Origin: Azolla caroliniana
Taxonomy: Eukaryota > Plantae > Polypodiophyta
NCBI GenBank assembly: GCA_043228905.1
Contig: JBHGNT010000117.1
Coordinates: 13,830 to 77,829 of the forward strand
Length of the DNA stretch: 64,000 bases
Direction of reading: 5' to 3'
This document shows positions 13,303 to 23,851 of this stretch, in pieces; position 1 is the first letter of the stretch; each line of letters opens with the position of its first letter. A program made the position numbers and the translations under genes. Under the pieces are notes generated by a model that did not search any database, was not told where the DNA came from, and worked only from the letters and a program-made list of their open reading frames with translations.

Positions 13303-14318
13303 AGTCTAAAGGGTTTGATTCTATTGCTCGTAAGGCCAATGGTAGTGTGGATACTGTTGATATTGCGGCATGTTTAAAGGGCCCCATCTTGAAAGTAGAT
13401 GTAGCAACTGACACAAGTGATCTGGTCACACAAGTTGATCAAGCATGTAGCACGGATGACTTGGTGTTGCAGGTAGATGCAGCATGTAGCACGGATGACT
13501 TGGTGTTGCAGGTAGATGCAGCATGTGATACCAGTGGACTGATATCGAGCAGATCAATAGCTACATGCACCGAGGTAATCCAAGGATTGATAACTAAGTC
13601 GACAAAACAAGAGCACCAGAATGTGAAGCCAGGCCCAACACAGTCAACTAGGGGTTTGAAGAGGAAAAGGACGCCAGTTGTGTCGGCCGAACCTGAGCTG
13701 ATTGAGATTGATCGTATCCTACCAGAAAATGGTGTAACAGCGGCTCAGTTTCAGGAATGGAAACCAAAACCACTAGAAGTCGAAAGAAGAGCCTTGATCT
13801 TGGAGCTTGATAAAGTCTTGATGAGTGTGAGATATATGCAGCCAAGGAGGAACGCGAATCAGTTTCTAGAGTGGGCTGTGGAATACTTTGATTTGTTTAT
13901 TTGGAGTGAAAAACCAAAATCAGATGTGTGGAAGTGTTTGGCAAGATTCTTCCCAAAATGGCGAAGTCGTTTTAAAGGTCAATGGGCACGAGAAAATTGT
14001 GAGCAAATGGAAGCTGCAAGATTCAAGAGACTTTCTGATTTTTGGGCTACTTGGCCTGAATATAATGCCGACAATACATTGATTTTGGATACAGAACATT
14101 TCCGGCACTACTTCAATATTCGGAGATGCTGTCTCATTCTACCCGAGGAAATGCCTGAACAGTACCTGGTGCAAATAGTGAGCTGCCAACTAGGTGCATG
14201 GTTGTGGACTCCATACCGAGCTCGATATGCAGATGATATATGTAGACTCGTTCCACTGACTAGCAAGAGCTTAGATGTTTATAGGAGATTTGTAGACATT
14301 TCCAATGGTAATTTATAA
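13303..14318 (+). CDS. FCP1/NIF (HAD, SCP-like) phosphatase-homology domain protein exon with altered catalytic motif
   Basis: ALILELDKVL (DxDxT position), RRNANQFLEWAVEYFDLFIWS, FKRLSDFW, YNADNTLILD; acceptor ttgcag at 13297-13302; frame open to TAA. Confidence 0.65.
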
Positions 14319-14665
14319 ATATGTAAAGAGATGACATTATTCAATGAAGAATTTAATTACTTGTTCCCACTGTACTTATCTATTGTGTAATTTGAGGAAT
14401 ATGTTGCAGATTGTTGATTTCATGCTATTGATGACTATTTAGCTATTGACAGCTAATTAGCTGCATTTGTACAGCTAATTAGCTACTGATGACTATTTTG
14501 CTATAACTTATAACTTAAAACTTAACAAAAAAGACATGATTTTATTGAGAAAGAAGCACAGAAAGCAGACTGTATACAAGAAATTGATTCCAAACGAATT
14601 TATTTAACTGTTTTCGCGAAATACATGTTTGTTTTACAAGAGAACATGGTAAGTGCTACTTGTAG

Positions 14666-17585
14666 CTACAAATTCCATGGCATACTATTGTAAATACATT
14701 CATACACATTAGCACCAATAGTGTATAAACCGGAGCAGCTATTGTATTCTGACATTGGGACGTTGATGCACCTGACCAAATGAGAGTACATATACGCCGC
14801 TGGTTTGTCTTCTAACAGCCTCTACACATATTCGTAGTCATCTAGTTTTGCATAAAAAATGCCTTCGATGTAGAATGTCCCGACAGATACAAAATTTCCC
14901 CATGCATCTACAATATTCTGCCTTGCACACTGTTTACTAACCGTGCACTTTAATATATAGAAATCAACACCCTCTGAATTGCCTTCTTCAGCATTTACAG
15001 CGAAGTTCAGGACATCACTCAAAGTATCCCCAACGTTCAGGACATCACTCAAAGTATCTCCAAGTCCCTCATATGTGAAGTCAGCATTCTGCCCTGTTTC
15101 TTCATCAACTGCTTCCTTATCATTCAGAGTGTGATACTCCCAATTCTGAATGTATGCTTTGTTTAGACAATATCTCCAATTTCCCTGCACACAATGGAAG
15201 CAAAAACAAGTCAATTCTCTAACCGCAATACAATGACCATCCAACCTGGAATAACTGCGAACAGCATGCAGAGATCGCAATTCGGGAATTCCTTGGCACT
15301 CCCAGGTCTTCTCCCTATTTACTTCATCTATCTTCACTTCCCAAAATTCACGTTTGATATCTCGGACTTGCGAGGAATAAACACCTGTGGCACTCGTTGA
15401 CATATTTGTTCTTAAAAATTCAACTACATGTGATGCACAATTCATGTGCACACCATCTATCTTTAGTTGTTCATGGGTAAGTGCCCGCTTTATAATAGCC
15501 CCTGCACCATCATGTTCACCTTTACCATGGCCAAGACCCAAAAAAATTCCAGCTCATCTCCAAACCTGTTATAGCAGGATATCTCCCCACAAAATAAAAT
15601 GGACGTCGAGCCTTGAATTGTGACGCAGCTCCGTCAGACCAGACCCAATGTTGAGTAAGCTCCAAACGTTGAGCTAATAACCACTGCCAATGTAACTTAA
15701 AACAGTGTTGGACGAACAAGGTATCATGCTTCTTATCATCGGAAATAAAGAAATGAATTACTTTTTTAACATCACCTGAAACTCGAAAATATGTTATGTG
15801 CACAAAAATGGTTACCTGAACTGAACACCAATGCATAGATTGAATTTCATTCTGCTGCTTGAAAGTATAATTCTCTGCGAAATCTACTGCTGAGACTACT
15901 ACATCATTTGGGAAATCAGATATGCAAGTCTTAAACTGATGGGCCTGCCATGAATAAATGAAGTTGTGTTTAATGAACTTTCCTAGAGATACTACAAACA
16001 GAGACACCAAATCCCTTGGTTTAAGCATCTTCTGAACTAGATCCTTTCTTTTACACACCTTTCCTTCGAAATTGGTGTTCACTGACTCAAATAACTTCAC
16101 AGAGATCAATATTTCACTACTCAATTCATTTGGACACCACCTAAATCTAGTAGGGCCACAATCTTGACATAAACCCATGACACATTTATGAATATGGAAG
16201 ATAGCGTCAGTTTCTCTCGGACACAATATTGAATCTAATAAATAACTCATGGAAGAGATAACGTGCTCAGATGATTTACAATCCTCTTGCGGGCTTGATC
16301 AACAGATTGGGCACCCACATGTGCAAACTGTATTAGTTAGGGATGCGCTATGGTGACGTAGTAGATTAACAGAGTCCTTCAGAAAACCCATCTGTACATG
16401 GTAAATGCAACAACATGTGTATCGATCCTTTAAGCATCTCACAAAGTGTGGCTTAAGAGACTCGAATGTTCGTAGTTGAACTTTGATAGTTGGATGCATT
16501 CGTTTGAACCTAATAAATAAATCGACCTGCGTAATAAAGGGGAATTAGTTATTCTCGTAACTAGCTAACTATCCTAGTAGCTAATTATCATGGTAGCTAA
16601 TTAGCTGTCCTAGTAGCTAATTAGCTATCATGGTAGCTAATTAGCGGGTCTAGTAGCTAATTAGCTATCATGGTGGCTAATTAGCTTTCCTAGTAACTAA
16701 TTAGCTATCATGGTAGCTAATTAGCTGGTCTAGTAGCTAATTAGCTATCATGGTAGCTAATTAGCGGGTCTAGTAGCTAATTAGCTATCATGGTGGCTAA
16801 TTAGCTGTCCTAGTAACTAATTAGCTATCATGGTAGCTAATTAGCTGGTCTAGTAGCTAATTAGCTATCATGGTAGCTAATTAGCTGGTCTAGTAGCTAA
16901 TTAGCTATAATGGTGGCTAATTAGCTGTCCTAACTAATTAGCTATCATGGTAGCAAATTAGCTGGTCTAGTAGTTAATTAGCTATCATGGTGGCTAATTA
17001 GCTATCCTAGTAAGCTAATTAGCTATATGGTAGCTAATTAGCTTTCCTAGTAGTTAATTAGCTGGTAATAACGAAATAGCAAACTAGCTACCATGATAGC
17101 TAACTAGCTACCAGTACAGCTAATTATCTGGTAGTACCTAAATTAGCTATTGAGAATAGCTAATTAGCTATCATGGTAGTAGCTATTGAGAGTAGCCAGT
17201 TACCTATGTAGTAGCTATCATAGTAGCTAATTAGCTATCATGGTAGCTAATTAGCTTTCCTAGTAGCTAATTAGCTGGTAATAACGAAATAGCTAACTAG
17301 CTACCAGTACAGCTAATTATCTGGTAGTACCTAAATTAGCTATTGAGAATAGCTAATTAGCTATCATGGTAGTAGCTATTGAGAGTAGCCAGTTACCTAT
17401 GTAGTAGATATCCTAGTAGCTAACTGAGGTAAATGTAACTGATAAGCTAATTAGCTTTTCTGCTAACTCAGCTAATTAACTTTTCGAGTAGAGTCAAAAC
17501 AAATGTTGAGATAAATGTAAATACCTGAGGTACATCAAGAAGATGAATGGGATGCTCCTCGTATTGATTTCTTCCAACACGAATG
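14666..17585 (-). pseudogene. Sola2-like DDE transposase (element 2), spliced and disrupted
   Basis: IRVGRNQYEEHPIHLLDVPQ/VDLFIRFK..FESLKP..TCCCIYH, DFAENY, EIQSMHW, ISDDKKHD, WSDGAASQFK, GHGKGEHDGAG; intron 16527-17524; stops at 16299 and 14822, frameshift near 15535. Confidence 0.8.
16555..17480. repeat. Palindromic TAGCTAATTAGCTA minisatellite filling the transposase intron
   Basis: About 20/40-bp periodic tagtagctaattagctatcatggtagctaattagct. Confidence 0.95.
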
Positions 17586-17587
17586 TT

Positions 17588-18055
17588 TGTATATTAATGA
17601 ATGACAAATAAACAACAGAGCACGTGAGCGGTTACAACCGAACAGGCCGGCGAACAGATGCCGATGCCTGCTCGTCTGCGCACGAAAGGAGATAGGATGG
17701 AGGTGCTGCCGGAAGCACACGGGCATTCCTCGAAGCAGCGCGAGCCTCCCGAAAACCTGCAGAGAAGAGCGATGGAGAATGAATAGAGGAGAAGCGTTCG
17801 GTTTCGGTCCGACAACACTTCGTCCTCCTCAATAAATAAAAATGTCCCCCTTCTCCCCGCGTCTCCGTCTCTTTTATAGCTTCAAGAAGGGAGCCGTTTC
17901 CCTCATTAACTTCCTACCTACCGAATCTAACTACCTAGGATATACCTTTGTACCTAATTCTCTATTATATACATTAAAGGGCGCGCACGCGTGAAGAGCC
18001 GGTTCACGCGTGCTATGCACCGATTATGCTAAGGGACGGTTTTCTTCACGACAGC
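17588..18055 (-). mobile_element. LTR-like fragment truncating the transposase 5' end
   Basis: Minus-strand ctataaaaga TATA near 17870-17880 and ...aatataCA end at 17588 where transposase homology stops; no partner copy in window. Confidence 0.35.
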
Positions 18056-18239
18056 GGTCCCTATAGGCAAATTCTATACATTGGTGCTCGTGTTTATGTT
18101 CGTGTTGGAGGGACGTTGGTGCTCGTGTTTACATTCGTCTGGGTGTAATGCGCGATTGGGGAGACGCACTTGTTCGTAAACACTTACGAGAAATTAAAGA
18201 GAGACCACGAGAATAATTTGAACAAGGTTTATGCACTAT

Positions 18240-21200
18240 TTAGAAGCGACGAATACAAGCACGAGGGCGAAGATCGCAATGTTGGAGTAGGCGGGAGGCG
18301 GTGACACCTAGAGCTCTTTCCTCATCATCGGCCTTGAATTGGCGACGTTGTTGACGTTCGTCCTCTTGTCGTCGAGACATGCGGTGGCGGCGTTCGTCAC
18401 CCTCTCGTCGCTCACGGCTGCTATCTCTCTCGCGCTCATCATCCTCTTCCTCCCAGCTACGGTGTTCCCTTGATTGTTGGCCATGGCATCAGCCTTCATC
18501 ATTGCGTCGTTCCTCCTCGTCAGAATACAAGGCATCACGTAGGCGATCGCATCGATCTTCGGCGGGGATTCGTTCGACGTTCCTGCAGCACCGTTCTGAG
18601 GGTCTTGAGTATCGAGTGTTTTCGATCCATGGGGAGCGACGTCCTTGTTCACCCCCTCTCTTTCGGAGCGCTCTTGTAGCTCTCGGATCTCCTTGTCGAT
18701 GAAATCACCGCTCTCTCACCCTAGTTCCTCGTCACGTGGCTCATCGCGACCACGGCTACGACGTTCCCTTTCCTCTTCGGAGTCTCTCTTGTTGTCTCTG
18801 TAGCTGCGCCCCTCCTCAAGGAACCCCTCACGACGTCGCTCGCGCCTCTCGTCATCGCACTCCCCTTCTAGACCCAATTTTTCGATTTGGGTTCTAGCAT
18901 GGTGAACATAGTCTTCTAGCGAGGAAAATTTCCTGCTAGAGAGGTTCATTAAAGCTTGTGCTGCCTCCGTTCGAGAGGGAGGTTGCAGAAATTGGCCCTT
19001 AAAAACCATGACAAAATCTGTCCAGGTATCGGGCAATTTCCCCATAGTACGGAGCCCATGCCACCAGGCGGCGGCCTTACCCCCGAGTTCTCGGCCGACA
19101 TATGCAATCTTCGTAGTATCTGGCGTAGGATAGAGCTCAAAATGAGACTCCCATCGTCCCAGCCATGTGCAGATTGGTTCTTTGGTTCTTTCCTTTTTGT
19201 CTCCCGTAAATGGCTTAACGACAAATGATGGTTCACCTTGTCGCTCATCAGGTCTATTAGTCTCACGTTGTAGACTAATGACGCGTGCCTCAAGAGCACA
19301 CTGAGATTGCCAAAGTTTGGTCATCTGTTGAGCGGTGAAACTAAGGTATTGTGTTATTTGTGCCAAATACATCTCAGTGGACATTTGTCTAGGAGGATTC
19401 CCTTGAGTTCCTTCCGCTTGAGCGGATGACATCGGGTCGTTAATTTGAGCCATTAAAGATTATTTCTGGAAAAGAAATAGGATAACGCCAGAGAGATAGT
19501 CATAACATCATGTCGTGATGTAAACATATCATGGGCAAACATTAATCGATATCATGATCTCAGGTCAATACCCCTCTAGACGTATGAGATGAGGTTCAAG
19601 ATCAGGTTATTATGGTAACACAAAGGTGTTTTCAAAACCATGGGGGTGACAAATAAATGTCTTTCCCTGATCTCTATATCGATCTGTTCATGGTGGCTCC
19701 CCGAGGCTCAACCATGTATGTTCGCGTCATGAATAGTTTATACATGAAAAAAATGTTAACAATAAACTATGTTTCGGTGCCCACATATGTGGTTTCAGCT
19801 CTTTAAGTCCTATTACGAGGACCCCGAGGTGCACTTAGACCTTAAGTCTAAACATGTGTTATAGTCATATGTATCAAGGATGTTGTATGGTCTTGGTCAT
19901 ATTTGAACTCGAGACCTCGAGAACAAATACATTAAACACTTGAGCCAACCAAGTAATTTGCTCTTCTCGAATGCTTAATGTTTGATGCGTATAAGAGATA
20001 TGCGAGGCATTTGATCATATATATTTTTCCTAAAAGAACATATATGTCAAGGGTCCTTATTTCGCCCTCATTTACCAAAACTATGTTGGTACGTTACCTA
20101 ACCTCAAGTCTCGTAATTACGATGGCATACACCAAAGTGCAACCTAATGGTCAAGCCAAATGAGCCCTCGTTTCGTAGTAGGCTCACATGGCCCATCACA
20201 TGGTCACGTCATTACAAATGCCTCTCGTAAGAACGAGCTCATGGTGGCATCGTATCCATGTAACGAGGGAGGGATGTTGGATACGTGTGTCATTGGAGCG
20301 ACCTCACTTGAAATGGGTCAAGCCCTACGTACTCAACATCATTATGGCTATTGGCGTTTCTTTACGTAACGAAATCGAGGTCATCAACGGGGTTGTCAAC
20401 AATAAAAAATTGTTGAAAAAGGGATGGTGACAACGCCATTCTCACAAAAATGTGAGGACAGCTACCAACATCCTTTTCCCGAGAAGGACAACTTTCGATA
20501 TAATCACGTAATAACGAATATACACATATGTTTACTTATCACATATATACGATCAAATACGTATATATGTGACCACATATGCCTATATTAAACATATCGT
20601 TATATTAAATAGCCACAAATGATGTGATCGAGATACGTAATCGAGGTATATACCTCTACGCACACGAAACATCCACCAATAAGAGATCATCGTAATACGC
20701 AATTGAGGTATTGACCTCTTACGCATACGAGACCAACCGCATATCGTTTACAACAAATCAAGGTATTAAACTCATATGCAAACGTAACATATGTTCGTGA
20801 ACGTAATACGTAATTGAGGTATTAACCTCGTACGCATACGACACTCATCACATATTATTAATATGTCAAACGAGGTATTGACCTTGTGCACATATGTAAA
20901 CGTTTTAGATAATCAATTAAAGACCACTACAACATCATTGACTTAATGGAAAAAAAAAGACATATAAACTAAACAAATGATTAGATGGGAGAAGAGAGAA
21001 TAGAAAGAAGAATTATGCAAAGAGTTACCAAAGTTCTTTGTTGATCGTTGTCTGCATCATGCCCGACGGCACATCGATCGATCAGCATCGATCAAAAGAC
21101 AAATGACAAACAAAGAAACATTAGTACATAAATCTGATACCAAATATTATAGATCGAAGTACTAAAGTAAGCTTAAGATAAGGATAAACAAATGATAGAT

Positions 21201-21764
21201 AGAAAGGAGAAAGAGAAAGAAGGGTGCCGATCCACCCGACCACCCCCGAGCGAAGGGATCGAGACGGACTCGAGCCTCGATCGGTGTCCCATACCACCGC
21301 CGTGGCGTCGAGTCGTACCTGGTGCTGGCACGCACGCTACAAGAGTTGACCCACCACAAGAGCAGAGTTTCGATGTAGTCAAAAGATGATCAAATGAGGG
21401 TAGCTAGGCCTCTTATTTATAGCGATACCCAAGTCCCCCAGGCAACTTCACACTTGACCTAATGGGTTGTCTCAATCCGGAGGATTAAAAGTAATCCTCC
21501 CCTTCTTTACACTCTCGTTTAACCCTCACACTTATCCACGTGTATAGAATACTAAGGTAAATTCTCACCACGGGATATTATATGGTCATGCCCGTAACAC
21601 TCCCCCTCTCGGCGTCGATCGCGCCTCTCCTCGTCAATGTCTCCCTCACGACGTCGATCGCGTCGCTCCTCTTCACGGTCCCGCCCTACAGACCTAGCAT
21701 TGGCCGCGGTACACGCAGCAAGCATGATCACGGCCATGAGGAATACGGAAGTAAGCTTTGCCAT
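18240..21764 (-). pseudogene. 2S albumin-like (prolamin superfamily) storage protein, copy 1, split by a Gypsy insertion (5' part 21600-21764, 3' part 18240-18865)
   Basis: Signal peptide MAKLTSVFLMAVIMLAACTAANA; ERCCRNVERIPAEDRCDRLRDAL and RLLQHCDLRPRACIRRF* cysteine pattern; small indels. Confidence 0.8.
18866..21599 (-). mobile_element. Gypsy family G1 copy a: 5' LTR 21145-21599, tRNA-iMet PBS 21131-21142, 1.7-kb leader, truncated gag
   Basis: TGTTACGGGC start, tggtatcaga PBS, retrotransposon-gag motifs (KPFTG..W..RWE..F, AAAWW, TWTDF). Confidence 0.92.
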
Positions 21765-21828
21765 TGCGATTATCCTTATGATCCCGATGCTCGTCTCCTA
21801 ATGGATTGTATTGACATTTCTCCCTCCA

Positions 21829-22165
21829 CCTTTATATACACATGTCCACGCAATCAGAACACATGCATGTCACTCACCACTCCCATTACCATAATGTGTG
21901 TGTCCTGCGTACAACTCTTGCCGAAGACCCATACCAACTAGTCCACCTTCCCACACGTCTAGGCTAGTCCTAGGTGTCGTATTGTCACTAGACAATCTGG
22001 GCGCAACCTATTGCGGGTTCTCCTCCTCCTCGCGTGAGAACTTGTCGAGCAACATAACATTTATACATAGGTAAATGTGGGCAATCGCACGTGCGCGTAG
22101 GGTTGTGTGGGCATGTGCACATTAAACTAGAACGCGCTAGTGCCGAGACACTAAGCACGTGGAGG
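21829..22165 (-). promoter_or_regulatory. Albumin promoter: TATA, RY element (CATGCATG 21862-21869), G-boxes (CACGTG at 22088 and 22156)
   Basis: tgtatataaagg on minus strand about 70 bp upstream of ATG; related motifs at about 23260-23595, 29420-29720, 35415-35690 and 40880-40925. Confidence 0.7.
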
Positions 22166-22574
22166 CTACTGTGGGCCGAGTAGTGGTTCCCGAGTGTGCT
22201 ACATCGATGAACGTAGATAGACCGGTGTCCGTACTCGCTCGTTCGGACGAGGGGTTGGTAACAACGACGACAAGAAAAGCTAACCGGACTACCACACTAG
22301 GAGTGTCCTATTGGGCAAGTGTGGAAGCAAGTTCACATTCGCCGCGTGTACAAGTTGACCTTAGCCGTTGACGTTGCGTGTGCGGTATGGGTGTTTGCTT
22401 TGATGTTTTTCTTCCGTTTGGGTGGTTTGCGGTCCCTATAGGCAAATTCTATACGTTGGTGCTCGTGTTTACGTTCGTGTGGGTGTAATGCGCGATTGGG
22501 GAGACGCACTTGTTCGTAAACACTTACGAGAAATTAGAGAGAGACCACGAGAATAATTTGAACAAGGTTTATGT

Positions 22575-23196
22575 ACTATTTATGACGGCTGCTATCTCTC
22601 TCGCGCTCCTCGTCCTCTTCCTCCCAGCTACGGTGTTCCCTTGATTGTTGGGCATGGCATCGGCCTTCATCATTGCGTCGTTCCTCCTCGTCAGCATCCA
22701 AGGCATCACGTAGGCGATCGCATCGATCTTTAGCGGGGATTCGTTCGACGTTCCTGCAGCACCATTTGGAGGGTCTTGAGTATCGATTGTTTTCGATCCA
22801 CGGGGAGCGACCGCCTTGTTCACCTTCCTCTCTTTCGGAGCAATCTTGTAGCTCTCGGATCTGCTTGTCGATGAAATCACCGCACTCTCGCTTCAGTTCC
22901 TTGTCACGTGGCTCATAGCGACCATAGCTACCACGTTCCCTTTCCTCTTCGGAGTCTCTCTTGTTGTCTCTGTAGGGGCGCCCCTCCTCAAGAAACCCCT
23001 CACGACGTCGCTAGTGCCTCTCGTCATCGCACTCCCCCTCTTGGGGTCGATCGCGCCTCTCCTCGTCAATGTCTCCCTCACGACGTCGATCGCGTCGCTC
23101 CTCTTCACGGTCCCGCCCTACAGACCTAGCATTGGCCGCAGTACACGCAACGAGCATGATCACGGCCATGAGGAATACAGAAGTAAGCTTTGCCAT
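22575..23196 (-). pseudogene. 2S albumin-like copy 2 (premature stop, C-terminal deletion)
   Basis: ATG at 23196 with the same signal peptide; stop after DDERH; about 170 bp missing at about 22585. Confidence 0.85.
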
Positions 23197-23851
23197 TGCG
23201 ATTATCCTTATGATCCCGGTGCTTGTCTCCTAATGTATTGTATTGACATTTCTCCCTCCACCTTTATATACACATGGCCATGCAATCAGAGCACATGCAT
23301 GTCACGCACCACTCCCATTACCATAATGTGTGTGTCCTGCGTACAACTCTTGCCGAAGACCCATACCAACTAGTCCACCCTCCCACACGTCTAGGCTAGT
23401 CCTAGGTGTCGTATTGTCACTAGACAATATGGGCGCAACCTGTAGCGGGTTCTCCTCCTCCTCCCGTGAGAACTTGTCGAGCAACATAACATTTATACAT
23501 AGGTAAATGTGCGCACTCGCACGTGCGCGTAGGGGTGTGTGGGCACGTGCACATTAAACTAGAACTCGCTAGTGCCAAGACACTAAGCACGTGGAGGCTA
23601 TTGCGGGACGAGTAGTGGCTCCCGAGTGTGCTACATCGATGAACGTAAATAGACCGGTGTCCGTACTCGCTCGTTCGGACGAGGGGTTGGTAACAACGAT
23701 GACAAGGAAAGCTAACCGGACTACCACAATAGAAGTGTCCTATCGGGCAAGTGTGGAAGCAAGTTCACATTCGCCGCGTGTACAAGTTGACCTTAGTCGT
23801 TGACCTCGCGTATGCGGTATGGGTGTTTGCTTTGATGTTTTTCTTTCCATT

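Noticed and set aside
18308-18652. Alternative-frame ORFs over albumin copies (also 22569-22880, 34142-34546, 40426-40945)
   Set aside because: Off-frame or antisense readings of GC-rich albumin sequence
19978-20430. Recurrent small ORFs (MFDAYKRY..., MSPRFVVG...) as a gene family
   Set aside because: They recur only because the G1 leader is repeated; antisense to the element and frameshifted in copy c
20635-20895. CRISPR-like repeat-spacer pattern
   Set aside because: Repeats are degenerate, lie inside a retrotransposon leader copied three times, no cas genes are present and the context is eukaryotic
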